Source of the DNA: a virus
Length of the DNA stretch: 64,000 nt
IMG/VR virus record: IMGVR_UViG_3300028844_001691
Location: 1 to 64,000 of that record
Reading direction: 5' to 3' (one strand)
The position numbers and the translations under genes were made by a program. A model generated the notes under the pieces. It was not told the DNA's origin. It made no database searches and saw nothing but the letters and a program-made list of their open reading frames with translations. Every line of letters starts with the position of its first letter. The first letter of the stretch is position 1. This document shows positions 27,797 through 38,470 of the stretch, one piece after another.

Positions 27797-28499
27797 CAAC
27801 TTCCTTCTGAATAACAGTCCATTCTTTACTTTTTAATTGCATATGTTTTGGTGTTCTACCATCGCCTATAAATATTCGTAAAGTGTGAACATCTTGTTCT
27901 TGTGCAAATTTACACATATCTAAAGTTTGATGATAGTTGTGTTCAAAAATAATATGTCTTAAATCTATTTCTGCATCACTGTTATGATCCAACAAACTTT
28001 GTTTTAAAGTTTTCATTCCCTCAATTATAGTATTCCATTTAGAGTTAACTCTGTAAATAGGATTAGTATCTTCTAATCCGTCTATAGCAAATTCACATCT
28101 GTCTCTGCCTTTTAGCACACTTCCTAAATGATGCCACCATTCTTTAGTGCGTCCACTTCCGTTTGTATGAATATTAATCCACGGACGTTTTTCTAATGTA
28201 TTCAAATGTTCTAATTGTTTTAGAAACACTCCGCTATATATAGGATCACCTAATACTAAACTAAAAGTTAAACGATGAATTTTATTCTCAGGTCTAACCA
28301 AATGTTTAAAGTCTTGTAAACTCATGTCTGTTATATCGTACATAATAGAACTTTCACCTGACTTATACTTTGCCATAATTTTTGTTCTAGCACAACCCGG
28401 ACACATACAATTACATCTTGTAGTTGACTCCACTTGCATCCGTGTACCTTGTTCAAGGTAAACTGAATTATTAAGACCTTCGTAACCTTCTTTAATCAT
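27774..28499 (-). CDS. Radical SAM core, type B, lacking its C-terminal twitch domain
   Basis: CNCMCPGC, HTNGS, FAIDGLEDTNPIYR, FEHN. Confidence 0.88.
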   Translation of the reverse strand: MIKEGYEGLNNSVYLEQGTRMQVESTTRCNCMCPGCARTKIMAKYKSGESSIMYDITDMSLQDFKHLVRPENKIHRLTFSLVLGDPIYSGVFLKQLEHLNTLEKRPWINIHTNGSGRTKEWWHHLGSVLKGRDRCEFAIDGLEDTNPIYRVNSKWNTIIEGMKTLKQSLLDHNSDAEIDLRHIIFEHNYHQTLDMCKFAQEQDVHTLRIFIGDGRTPKHMQLKSKEWTVIQKEVDDYFSKV

Positions 28500-29814
28500 T
28501 AAACAAATCTTTATATCTTGGTGCTACATCTAATATATTTTGACCTCTTGCTTTGTCTAAATACTTTGTAAACTTAACAAACGAATCTATTTCATTAGAA
28601 TAGTCTTCTGATTTACAATATTGTAACACACTGTCTAGTATTTTGCAAGCCTTTTCTGATTGTAGTTCAGTAAATTCACCTTCATAAATCTTCTTCCATC
28701 CATTATAAAACGTCTCTAAATCTTCCTTTAATTTAGGAGTTAATAATCTAATATTAGCACGTTTAGGTCCGTGTGCTACATGGTGTGTGATCACTGGTCT
28801 CTTTTTTGTACTGTTTATTTTTTTCCAGCCACTGCCGGCAACTTTCCATTGCATAAACTCTGGTAAGTGCCATATGTTATTAACTGTAACAGTAAAGGCA
28901 ACCCAAGCCATAATGTTTTTATTCTCTTGACAGAATAAATCCAACTTGTCTAGGTTCTTTTTTGCTTGTTCCCATTTAATTGGATAACGCTGATATTCTA
29001 AAACTTTACCAAACCCGTCAATACTAGCACCAACTCTAACTTGTTTAAATGACTTCCAATATTCTAAAACTTTGTCTGGTAATGTTGTCATATTAGTATT
29101 GTATTCAAGTATAATGTTTTTAGCAACATCTTTCTTAACACACTTCTCTAAAAACTCATAATGGCGTTCAATCATCATAGGTTCGCCACCTGCCATATAA
29201 ACGTGTTGTATTTTATCTAAATTCTTTTCTATATTGTTCCAAAAACTAGTAGAGCCATGCCAATTATAATCGTTAGTTTCTAATCTACCTTTAGCATTAC
29301 GATTAAGTTTAACATAACCGTGTGTATCTTGGAATCCTTCTTCTTTATGATAGTCAGTCCATTGTTCATACCAACTATGACTATCTGTTGGTCCACACAT
29401 ACGACACTGCAAATTACATAAGTTACCAAATCTTAAATCATAATAAACAACAGGTGCATCTTCAGTATTAATGCTTCCATCTTCTTTTGTAACTCGTTGT
29501 GCTTCTTTAAAATCAAAATCCCATTCAGATAATTCGTATTGACGTCTACTATTAAGTCCTACTTGTTCTTCTTGTTGACATCTTGTACATTCATCACTCC
29601 AAACACCGTTAAGCATATTCTTTCTAACAGTTTTCATTAGTTCTGCATTACGAGCCTGTGCCATACTATGCTTACCTGCATTATAAGGACTACCATCTTT
29701 ATGTCTAACAACTCCTTGGTTCTTAGTCACATTGGCTTGACAACAGATTCGAATGTCTCCGTTATTTCTAACTGCTTGGAAGTTCCAAGGTATAGGGCAA
29801 AATGTTTTACTCAT
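28492..29814 (-). CDS. N-terminal twitch radical SAM protein (type A)
   Basis: CPIPW...ICC...CTRC; CNLQCRMC; AGGEP; SIDG. Confidence 0.92.
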   Translation of the reverse strand: MSKTFCPIPWNFQAVRNNGDIRICCQANVTKNQGVVRHKDGSPYNAGKHSMAQARNAELMKTVRKNMLNGVWSDECTRCQQEEQVGLNSRRQYELSEWDFDFKEAQRVTKEDGSINTEDAPVVYYDLRFGNLCNLQCRMCGPTDSHSWYEQWTDYHKEEGFQDTHGYVKLNRNAKGRLETNDYNWHGSTSFWNNIEKNLDKIQHVYMAGGEPMMIERHYEFLEKCVKKDVAKNIILEYNTNMTTLPDKVLEYWKSFKQVRVGASIDGFGKVLEYQRYPIKWEQAKKNLDKLDLFCQENKNIMAWVAFTVTVNNIWHLPEFMQWKVAGSGWKKINSTKKRPVITHHVAHGPKRANIRLLTPKLKEDLETFYNGWKKIYEGEFTELQSEKACKILDSVLQYCKSEDYSNEIDSFVKFTKYLDKARGQNILDVAPRYKDLFND

Positions 29815-31315
29815 TTATTTGTTCCTTAATATCCTTTGCAATATCAGGATATAATTCTTCAAAGTTTTCATCTCTACTTGCATCTAATATTTTTGTAATA
29901 CGCATAAATTCAGGCAAAGCATCTGTTGTATCATTTGCATTCATAAAAGCAATCATATTGTCTAATCCTTTGCAGATTTCATTATATAAACTTTCTCTGC
30001 CGTGATCCCATTCTGTAATAATCTTTAAGTCTTTCCCTAAAACTGTTTGCATGGGTGCTTCTGCGTTCCTCATTTTATAATCTTCAGGCTTACTATCAAT
30101 CCAATTACGAAGCCAGCCTTCTTTCCATTGCTTAAAGTGTTCTTCAACTCTTTGTTTAGTTTTTTTAGGGAGAGAAGTTACACTATAATGAACTGGGTTA
30201 TGCACTGGGTGGTATGTAAAACAAGGACTTTGCGAGTATCTATTAAACTTATAAAAGTTTTGTTCTAATATCCACTCTATTAAATCTGTTACATTTAACA
30301 CATTTAATATTTGCCAAGTAAACGTAAGCCAACAATTTACATTGTTACTGCTTTCAGTATCTAACTTATGAATGTTCTTTGTTACTTGCTCCCACTTACT
30401 CGGATGTCTTATATAGTTATTTATCGGTCCAATAGCGTCTACACTTCCTCCAACATTTACTTGTTTGAAGTGTTTCCATTGATCTAATACACGTTGTGGA
30501 ATGCTTGTAAAATTTGTATTGTAATCTAATTCCATGTTATGAGCAGTACCTGAATCAATATACTTTTGTAATAATTCAAAGTTCTGTTGAATAATTAATG
30601 GTTCACCTCCACTTATAAACATTTGCTTTAGTTCAGGTGCATCTTTTTGAAGTATGTCAGCAACATCTACACGCTCGGTCCATTGATAAGGATTGTCTCC
30701 TACAATCTTTGCTCTGCTTCCGTCCATTTCTAAAGCAACTCTGTGACCATAACTTTTAAATCCTGTATAGCCTGTTGTTTTCATCCATTCAGTATACCAT
30801 TGATGACTTTCAGTAGGTCCACACATTCTACATTTTAAGTTACAAGTATTATCCATTCTAATATCTAAATCTAACAAAGGATATTCTTTTGTATCTATTG
30901 TTCCATCTTCTTTTGTGTTTGCTATTGCATCATCAACATCAAACTCATTCCAATAACGATTCATGTCAACCCAACGTCTACTCTGTGAGCCTGAATCATC
31001 TTCTTTATTACATCTTGTGCAATGTTCACTTCGTTTACCAGCAATCATATCACGTCTAGTTTCTTTCATAATCTCACTATTACGAGCATCTGCTAAACTT
31101 GTATCTTCAATACGCATTGTTTTATCGTCGCTATCTTTACAAACACCACGGACTTTTCTATTAGCCGCGGCTTGTACACACATACGATAATCACCGTTGT
31201 TGTTTATTCCTAAACTTAACCATGGAACAGGACAAAAGCCATTACAACCTTTGGCTTTTAATTCTTGTTCGTATTGTTGTGGATTATTATAATTGTTTCT
31301 GTCGAAGTGTTTCAT
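29807..31315 (-). CDS. N-terminal twitch radical SAM protein (type A)
   Basis: CPVPW...MCV...CTRC; CNLKCRMC; SGGEP. Confidence 0.92.
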   Translation of the reverse strand: MKHFDRNNYNNPQQYEQELKAKGCNGFCPVPWLSLGINNNGDYRMCVQAAANRKVRGVCKDSDDKTMRIEDTSLADARNSEIMKETRRDMIAGKRSEHCTRCNKEDDSGSQSRRWVDMNRYWNEFDVDDAIANTKEDGTIDTKEYPLLDLDIRMDNTCNLKCRMCGPTESHQWYTEWMKTTGYTGFKSYGHRVALEMDGSRAKIVGDNPYQWTERVDVADILQKDAPELKQMFISGGEPLIIQQNFELLQKYIDSGTAHNMELDYNTNFTSIPQRVLDQWKHFKQVNVGGSVDAIGPINNYIRHPSKWEQVTKNIHKLDTESSNNVNCWLTFTWQILNVLNVTDLIEWILEQNFYKFNRYSQSPCFTYHPVHNPVHYSVTSLPKKTKQRVEEHFKQWKEGWLRNWIDSKPEDYKMRNAEAPMQTVLGKDLKIITEWDHGRESLYNEICKGLDNMIAFMNANDTTDALPEFMRITKILDASRDENFEELYPDIAKDIKEQINE

Positions 31316-32516
31316 ATATTGGACTTAAATCATGGATATTTGTTTTTCTTATTTCATCGAGCCTATCGTTGTAGTCAAAGAATTCAGTTTTTAGATTTTG
31401 TAACACAGTTTCATTATTTTTAAAAGGGTTACGTTGTGTATAGTATAAAAGTGAATTACAAATATCTGGTAAAATATCTTTGTTTTTTAATTCTTTAAGT
31501 TGTTCTGCTACAACAGTCTTAAATTCTTCAGTAAGGTTTCTAACTGTTATACGTCTAGGAGCAGTAGCATCAATTACATTAAAATCAAGTTGGACATTAT
31601 GTCTCCATTTTAGTTCATCTTGTAAATTTTTTAGTTCAGGTAACCAATCTTGTACTGTAAAACAAAGATACCAACTCCAAACAATATTAACACCCATTCC
31701 AGAAATGTTTGGAATTAAGTTTGGCATTTTCAATATGTTTTCTCTTATCTTGTCCCAATTAGCATTTGTTCTAACATAGTTATATGTTGGTCCTGTACCA
31801 TCTAAACTTAATTGTATTTTACAATCTTTAAATTGTTTAACTGCTTTAACCCAATTAGGATTTACATTAGTTGCATTTGTTGTATAACGCAAGTGTAGAT
31901 TCTTTGCGTAGTCGTTTGTTGTAACCCAGTCAAGTAATTTTTGTATTTGTGGATCGATTGTAGGTTCACCGCCTAATAATTTTAAAAACGATAAGTTTCT
32001 AAATGTGGTATCGTTTGCAATAGCAGGAAGTAAATCAGAATCTGTAACGTCTAAACTATCTTCTGTCCATCTTTTTAAATCTGGGTTGGCTATTGTTTCT
32101 TTTGCGATTAAACTACTATTACTCGGACTACACATTCTACATTTAAGGTTACATAAATTTCCTGGTCTGTAGTCTAACCATTTTAGGTTAAATTCATCTG
32201 TATGTTCGTTGTACCATTCATGTGCATCTTGTTTTTTACCTAATATGTTTCTATTAAATGTTTTTCTATCAGATTCCATTCCTGCTTCTTGTTGTTCTTG
32301 ACAAACTTTACATCCAGGATGCCATTTGCCGTTTTCAATCGATTTTCTAACACTTTTAACTATGTCACTATTAAAGTAATCTTCAGGACTTTCAGCAGAT
32401 GTCCATGTATTAAAGACACAACACATTTTATATTTTTTTTGACTTTCTTTATAGTAAGAAGCCTGCCATGGAGCAATACAAAATACGTCGTGGTTAACTG
32501 GAAATTTTTTAGCCAT
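31287..32516 (-). CDS. N-terminal twitch radical SAM protein (type A)
   Basis: CIAPW...MCC...CKVC; CNLKCRMC; LGGEP. Confidence 0.92.
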   Translation of the reverse strand: MAKKFPVNHDVFCIAPWQASYYKESQKKYKMCCVFNTWTSAESPEDYFNSDIVKSVRKSIENGKWHPGCKVCQEQQEAGMESDRKTFNRNILGKKQDAHEWYNEHTDEFNLKWLDYRPGNLCNLKCRMCSPSNSSLIAKETIANPDLKRWTEDSLDVTDSDLLPAIANDTTFRNLSFLKLLGGEPTIDPQIQKLLDWVTTNDYAKNLHLRYTTNATNVNPNWVKAVKQFKDCKIQLSLDGTGPTYNYVRTNANWDKIRENILKMPNLIPNISGMGVNIVWSWYLCFTVQDWLPELKNLQDELKWRHNVQLDFNVIDATAPRRITVRNLTEEFKTVVAEQLKELKNKDILPDICNSLLYYTQRNPFKNNETVLQNLKTEFFDYNDRLDEIRKTNIHDLSPIYETLRQKQL

Positions 32517-33232
32517 TATTTTTTAACTGTCTTAAATATATCTGTTAACGGCGGATAGCCATAAACATTGTCTACATTATTTGGTATATAAGGTATTCGT
32601 TGTTCTTTTCCTGTTCTAGGATCGTCATAATTGTATTTTACACCTGGATCTTTTCCATATCCAACACCCATAATAATTACAAATCTCATTGCACGTTCGT
32701 CTTCATCTAGTTTAAATACTTTTGATGCATATTCGTAATCACTACAAATGTTTTGACATATACCTGTTTGTATTCCTCTGTTTGCTAGAGCATACATAAG
32801 TGTTACTGCCGCAATACCTACTTCAATGTTTTCAGTTTGTGTTTGTGCAACATCACTATGTTTTTTACCAGTTCCTTTACCGTCTAAATAAGCACGTGAA
32901 GTAGACTTGTCAAACATTCCTTCTCTGTCTGCAACCCATCTACTACAAAAGCCTATTAGCCAAGGTGCCAACACTTGTGGATTACCTCTGTCATTTTCTA
33001 ATTCATCAGGCCCCCATTCGCCATTACGTTGACAAATAGTCATAATGTTTTTTCTTATTTCTGGATCATCATTACGCAACAGTTTTACTTGATATGGAAA
33101 TTGTCTATTTTTTGAAGGTATGTGTTCTAATACTTCAGCAAATACATCATATAATTCTTCTTCAGTTGGTATTTTATCTTCTCTCCACGCAAAAGTTGTA
33201 TGTCTTGCGTTAATTAAATCAAGCCATTCCAT
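32516..33232 (-). CDS. Nitroreductase-family protein
   Basis: RHTTFAW, PSKNRQFPY, NPQVLAP, EVGIA, GVGY. Confidence 0.7.
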   Translation of the reverse strand: MEWLDLINARHTTFAWREDKIPTEEELYDVFAEVLEHIPSKNRQFPYQVKLLRNDDPEIRKNIMTICQRNGEWGPDELENDRGNPQVLAPWLIGFCSRWVADREGMFDKSTSRAYLDGKGTGKKHSDVAQTQTENIEVGIAAVTLMYALANRGIQTGICQNICSDYEYASKVFKLDEDERAMRFVIIMGVGYGKDPGVKYNYDDPRTGKEQRIPYIPNNVDNVYGYPPLTDIFKTVKK

Positions 33233-34493
33233 TTATGTATCTCCTTAATTCAGGAACTAGTTCCAGTACATTTGTATTTCTAATCTTATCTAATGCGTTA
33301 GTATGTCTAACGTATCTAGACTTTTCTTTTTCTGTGTCTAACTCTTGTGTTAATTCGGTTTCTAAAGTAACTAAAGATGATAACACAGGATCGTTGTCTT
33401 TATAACGTTCCTTTAATGTATTTAACTTATTACTGATAAGTTTTTTATGGTCATTATCTAACCAACCTACACACAAGTACATAGGATCAACTAAAGGTAA
33501 CAAACTTATGCCTTTGAACTTGTCTCCGCCATATGTTTTACCTAATTCATATAATTCAGGGAACCATTTGTCTATACTAAATGCATTTGTCACTTGCATA
33601 ACACAATTAATACCTTGCCATTCTAAATTCTTTATTTTAAATATATCTTTAAAGTTTTCCACACACTTATCGTAGTTTGAATTTGTTCTTAAGTAATTGT
33701 TTAACAACCCTGTACCATCAAAACTTGTGTTAATAGTTAATTTATTAAACTGTTCTAACAACGGCTGTAGTTTAATTGGATTGACTGTTCCGTTAGTAAG
33801 TAAGTGTAAATTAATACCTTTTGCATAACCCGAGTCGGCTACACGTTGTAACATTTTAATAACACGTTTGTCTACAAGTGTTTCACCTCCAGACATCTTT
33901 AACCATTTAACATTTTCTAAATCAAAGTTACTTACAATATCAAAGTCATCACTTTCCCAATCGATAGCATTAACTGTTTCCATTTGTTTTTTACTTGTTG
34001 TGATAGTGTCCCAATACCATTCTTTGCCTTGTATCTCTGGATTGGCTAAAACTTCTTTTTCAATTTTATCACTCCAAACAGTATTACAACTTCTACATTT
34101 TAAATTACATAGTTTACCAGGACGTAAGTCTATGTCTAAAGGTTTATTGTGTTTATTACCTGTTACTGTATTCAATTCTAGTTCTTCAAAGTCTAATTTA
34201 TTCTCATAACGTTTGAGTAATTGTATTCTTTGACTTTGTTCTGTGTTGCCTTTTGCTTCGTGTTCTTTACAATACCAACAAGCCTTAGGAAATTCCTCTT
34301 TCATAAAAGACTCTCTAGTCTCTTGCATAAATTCTCCGTTCCAAAAGTCTTGAAATGTTTCTTGTAAAGGTTTTGTGCCATCAAATCTGCCAACAATATC
34401 ACTCATACAACAAAGTTTGTGTGCTCTGTTGTTTGCATTGATATACCCATGTACGAAAGGTGCTGGGCAAAAATTCTTTTTATTTTTAAGCAT
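33219..34493 (-). CDS. N-terminal twitch radical SAM protein (type A)
   Basis: CPAPF...LCC...CWYC; CNLKCRSC; SGGET; ATG 34493 preferred. Confidence 0.92.
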   Translation of the reverse strand: MLKNKKNFCPAPFVHGYINANNRAHKLCCMSDIVGRFDGTKPLQETFQDFWNGEFMQETRESFMKEEFPKACWYCKEHEAKGNTEQSQRIQLLKRYENKLDFEELELNTVTGNKHNKPLDIDLRPGKLCNLKCRSCNTVWSDKIEKEVLANPEIQGKEWYWDTITTSKKQMETVNAIDWESDDFDIVSNFDLENVKWLKMSGGETLVDKRVIKMLQRVADSGYAKGINLHLLTNGTVNPIKLQPLLEQFNKLTINTSFDGTGLLNNYLRTNSNYDKCVENFKDIFKIKNLEWQGINCVMQVTNAFSIDKWFPELYELGKTYGGDKFKGISLLPLVDPMYLCVGWLDNDHKKLISNKLNTLKERYKDNDPVLSSLVTLETELTQELDTEKEKSRYVRHTNALDKIRNTNVLELVPELRRYINGMA

Positions 34494-35559
34494 CAATTGA
34501 TCCGCATTTAGAAATACATCTACTAATTCTTGGGTTTTCAGATGCATCTGTTCTGTTGTTAAAACTTTCAGTTAAATCACGTTGGAAATATTGATGGTTT
34601 AATATTTCTGTAATACTATGTTCATCTAAACTGTTCCAGTTACTAGTGTATTTATTGGTATAGTACTCATATTCTTTATATATTTTAGTGCCAGGTTGTT
34701 GATAGTTATAGTATCCAGGTAAATGACAGCATTGATATATTCTTCCACTGTGTTCAACTTGAAATCCGTAATTCTTTTCTCTACGGAACCTACAGTGTAT
34801 TGTACTTTCATTTGCAAAGTCTTTTACACTTGCTAATTCTTTTTTGGCTTGTTCAACAATGTCTTTGCTAATTGTACTATTAACATTTTTACTTGTTGCA
34901 GTAACTCCTTTATCTAAGTCTTGCAATCCCATTGCTTCTCTGATAATGCTATGTCTTACTCTAGTGTTTTTATATATAAACGCACTGAAGCCCATTTCTT
35001 TACTCATGCGTTTAGCATCTTCCAATTGATGATCATTATAATCAAAACCAATCCATTTCCATTCAGCATTGCCACCATTATTAATAAAGGCTGTAGCATT
35101 TTCAAAAACTTTGTTTAAGTCTACTCTTACTCTATATCTTTGATGCATTTCTGGATCTATACCATCTATACCAAATGTTATACAACTTGTTTTATGAAAC
35201 TTATTCATTAAAGTACCCAAGTCTTTCCAAAACTCCGGAGTCTTATACCCACCATTGCTATCAATATATAATTTAATTTTAGACGCATCTTGTGTTTTAG
35301 CAATATACTCTAACATCTCTAAACTTTGCGGATGATACATACTGTCGCCATAGTTGCCATCAATATTAATTTTAGTTAAGTTGGGCCATTTAACACCAAA
35401 CAAGTTTTGCATATGTTCTAATGTTAACTGTCTACTTCCGTGTGGAGTTATGCCACTATTAACAAAATGTTGTGTTCTGGCACAAGCAGGACATCTAGCA
35501 TTACAAGCCGATGTAAACTCTATCATCATATAATTTGTTTTATCTATTTGGTAAGCCAT
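34486..35559 (-). CDS. Radical SAM protein with C-terminal twitch/SPASM-like domain (type B)
   Basis: CNARCPAC; GNYGD; FGIDG; IHC...SGRIYQCC...CISKC. Confidence 0.9.
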   Translation of the reverse strand: MAYQIDKTNYMMIEFTSACNARCPACARTQHFVNSGITPHGSRQLTLEHMQNLFGVKWPNLTKINIDGNYGDSMYHPQSLEMLEYIAKTQDASKIKLYIDSNGGYKTPEFWKDLGTLMNKFHKTSCITFGIDGIDPEMHQRYRVRVDLNKVFENATAFINNGGNAEWKWIGFDYNDHQLEDAKRMSKEMGFSAFIYKNTRVRHSIIREAMGLQDLDKGVTATSKNVNSTISKDIVEQAKKELASVKDFANESTIHCRFRREKNYGFQVEHSGRIYQCCHLPGYYNYQQPGTKIYKEYEYYTNKYTSNWNSLDEHSITEILNHQYFQRDLTESFNNRTDASENPRISRCISKCGSIDA

Positions 35560-36224
35560 ACTACTGTATCTGTTTTTCCTGTTAAAATTTTATTTAATTT
35601 TTCCCCTATCATTTCATGTTCTTGTATAGTAAAATGATTAGGAATATCTGCTGTAGTTCTTTTGTCTGGGTTAGGTTCGTGTGCTGTTGTTAATTTAAAA
35701 AAGTTAGGTTTTACAGTAATCCCATTAGTAAAATAAAAATCATCAACACTAGATGCAAAAGTCCAATCAAAACAAAAGAAATTAATAAATTTAATATGAT
35801 TCATTTTTTTGTATAAGTGTAAGTCCACATAAAATAACAAGTCTAGTGCTTTTTCACATTCTCTTTTTTCATTAAGTATATCATGTTTAATTGCATTAGC
35901 AACAGCAAGACGTTTATCTTTGTGTACAGGTTTTGTTGTTTTAAAAAATTGTTCATCACAACTCATAGGCTCATAAGGCTTCCAGTCTCTAGCATACTCA
36001 GGAGCATAAATTCTAAAAGGATGACTCCACCCTACAATACAATATTCAATATCATTATAGTGAGGCGATTTACATAAATCTTTTACTTGTTGCAACTGTC
36101 TCCAAAACCCTGTAGCACCTATGGCTTGATTTACAACTGTATAATCTTCTGGTATACCTTGTTCTAGCCAATTATTAGGCTCAGCACTAAAGAAACTATC
36201 ACCAATTACATAACAATATTTCAT
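35544..36224 (-). CDS. SGNH/GDSL-like protein
   Basis: IGDSF, NQAIGATG, C-terminal PNHF. Confidence 0.6.
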   Translation of the reverse strand: MKYCYVIGDSFFSAEPNNWLEQGIPEDYTVVNQAIGATGFWRQLQQVKDLCKSPHYNDIEYCIVGWSHPFRIYAPEYARDWKPYEPMSCDEQFFKTTKPVHKDKRLAVANAIKHDILNEKRECEKALDLLFYVDLHLYKKMNHIKFINFFCFDWTFASSVDDFYFTNGITVKPNFFKLTTAHEPNPDKRTTADIPNHFTIQEHEMIGEKLNKILTGKTDTVVWLTK

Positions 36225-37211
36225 TTATTTTATCTCCGGTAATTCATTCTTTTTTAATGCTTTAAGGGCCTGTCTAATTCCAACTTTATAATAACGTTCA
36301 TCAATTAAAAAGTCTTTGTGCCATTCTTCTTCACCATCAGCCATTGCAATATGCATACAAGGACTGGGCATAATATTTAATTTACGACATAATTGTACTT
36401 GTAGATCTCTATAATTCTTTACTTGCCAGTCACTAGGTATATGTTTCATAATATGAATACCTACTTGAGCCGCTCCTAATACTAAATGATTATAATTATT
36501 CTGTTGTCTAATCGGTAAATTGTCTTCGTAATTACTGTAACGCACACCACTTCTGATATTACCTGTTCCAGTTCCTTTAGTTAAACTAAAACAAACTTCA
36601 GTAATCGCAGGATGTGTTAAATCAATATGTTGATCCATACAAGTACCATACCAAGCACAATCAATTAATACAGGAACCTTTAATCTCCAACAATCATCTA
36701 ATATAGCACGATATCCCAAAGGAGTTCCGCCATTGCCACAAAATGGAAAACTAATTACTACCCAATCGTTTTCTTTAATTGGATTATCACTGTCTAATTG
36801 ACTTAATTCAATATTATCTTGTTCTACACTATCTAAATATTGATAATTGGTAACAACTCTTTTATGATACGCATATTCGCCACGCAACATTCTTAAATTT
36901 CTATCTTTATATCTATAATATGCTTCATCAAATGCTTGAGTAGTTCCATTAATTAAATCACGATGCTTGAATTGATCTAAACCATGTACAGTATTAAATT
37001 CATTTTCGTGTATCCATTCATGTATACGTTCTTTATATTCATTTGCAACTTCAAAGTATCCAGGTTTATCTAGCCACTCATACCACGGAGCATCTCTTAA
37101 TGTAGTTTGAAAGAAGTAATCATAAATTGCATTATGCTTCTTACTGCTAATTAAATCTTTTTCAATTAATTCTTTTGCAAACTCATTAGTTCTGGAAATG
37201 TATCCTGCCAT
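36225..37211 (-). CDS. PLP-dependent (fold type I) enzyme-like protein
   Basis: NGTTQAF, PVLIDCAW, FSLTKG (Schiff-base Lys), IRSG. Confidence 0.65.
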   Translation of the reverse strand: MAGYISRTNEFAKELIEKDLISSKKHNAIYDYFFQTTLRDAPWYEWLDKPGYFEVANEYKERIHEWIHENEFNTVHGLDQFKHRDLINGTTQAFDEAYYRYKDRNLRMLRGEYAYHKRVVTNYQYLDSVEQDNIELSQLDSDNPIKENDWVVISFPFCGNGGTPLGYRAILDDCWRLKVPVLIDCAWYGTCMDQHIDLTHPAITEVCFSLTKGTGTGNIRSGVRYSNYEDNLPIRQQNNYNHLVLGAAQVGIHIMKHIPSDWQVKNYRDLQVQLCRKLNIMPSPCMHIAMADGEEEWHKDFLIDERYYKVGIRQALKALKKNELPEIK

Positions 37212-38470
37212 GAAGTTCCTCTTATTTTATCCATTTTATTTAAATATTCAATTAATAATGGAATATTTGTTGCTGGTTTATCTAATGCATTTATTAATGC
37301 ATCAAACTTTTTATATTTGTCTGTTACTTGCGTACCTAATTCCATGCGTAATTGAATTATATCCTGTGACGCTTTATCTTTAATTTCTTTATTTAAATTA
37401 TTAATACCTAATATACTAGGAGACCATAGGAAATGCATACCTATAGTTCCACCAAATCTTTTTATATTTAATTTTTTAAATCCCTGATCCATTTTCCAAC
37501 GCACAAATTCAGGTATGTGACTAACATTTAATGCATTAACTGTACAGTCAATATCCACTGTTGTATTATCAGGCATATCATCCCAATACTTTAATACATT
37601 TAATTGATGTTGCCAAGTACCTGGATAACGTATATATTCATAACGTTGTTGTATACCGTCCATGCTTAAATGAATTAAACAATGTTTAAATTTTTTATAT
37701 AATTCTTTTAATTCAGGATCTGTTGTTTGTCCGTTAGTATTAAATCTTAATTCAATATCTTTTGCATAGTTTTTATCTACACAATACTTTAAAAACTCTT
37801 TAAATTCTTTATTAATAGTTGGCTCACCGCCAATAATATAGATATGTTTTAAATTATGTAGTTGCTCGTATATGTCATTCCAATATGTTTTATTATTTTT
37901 CCACCAATTATATCCGCCTAATTCATTTCTATTCCAATATACTTCATTTTTTAATTCATTACTTGCACTGCTAATTAATTTATTATAATCAGGTATCCAT
38001 TGTGTACTGTCTGCAGGGTTACACATAACACAAGCAAGGTCACATTTATTACCTAATTTCATATCTACATAGTGTATACCATAACTCATTGCACCCGAGT
38101 TGTCAACACCTTTTAATACTGCTGGCACGTCTATACGTTCTTCCCACTCTTCATTTTCCCACAGTCGTTTGCTTCTATAACCTAATGCTTCTTCTTTATA
38201 GCAACTTAAACAAGCTCTTGGAGTTTTATTACTTAACATATCCGTTCTAATGGCTCGCATATAGTCAGTATTCCAATAATCCTCTGCTCTATCCTGCTCT
38301 AAATTAACAATAGTACCATCATTTTTGCGATTAACACCCGGTTGTCTATTTTTTTCCGTGCTACTGCTGTTGGCATGACAGCATATCTGCATATTACCGT
38401 CAGTTCTAGTACTTAAATGAATAAAAGGCAGTATGCAAAAGCCTTTTAATTGTTTATGATTCGTCGTCAT
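37166..38470 (-). CDS. N-terminal twitch radical SAM protein (type A)
   Basis: CILPF...ICC...CLSC; CDLACVMC; IGGEP. Confidence 0.92.
   Translation of the reverse strand: MTTNHKQLKGFCILPFIHLSTRTDGNMQICCHANSSSTEKNRQPGVNRKNDGTIVNLEQDRAEDYWNTDYMRAIRTDMLSNKTPRACLSCYKEEALGYRSKRLWENEEWEERIDVPAVLKGVDNSGAMSYGIHYVDMKLGNKCDLACVMCNPADSTQWIPDYNKLISSASNELKNEVYWNRNELGGYNWWKNNKTYWNDIYEQLHNLKHIYIIGGEPTINKEFKEFLKYCVDKNYAKDIELRFNTNGQTTDPELKELYKKFKHCLIHLSMDGIQQRYEYIRYPGTWQHQLNVLKYWDDMPDNTTVDIDCTVNALNVSHIPEFVRWKMDQGFKKLNIKRFGGTIGMHFLWSPSILGINNLNKEIKDKASQDIIQLRMELGTQVTDKYKKFDALINALDKPATNIPLLIEYLNKMDKIRGTSWQDTFPELMSLQKN

Noticed and set aside
36225-37211. Cysteine desulfurase completing the Fe-S kit
   Set aside because: PLP fold motifs are present, but no IscS/SufS signatures (SxHK, SGSAC or RxGHHC)
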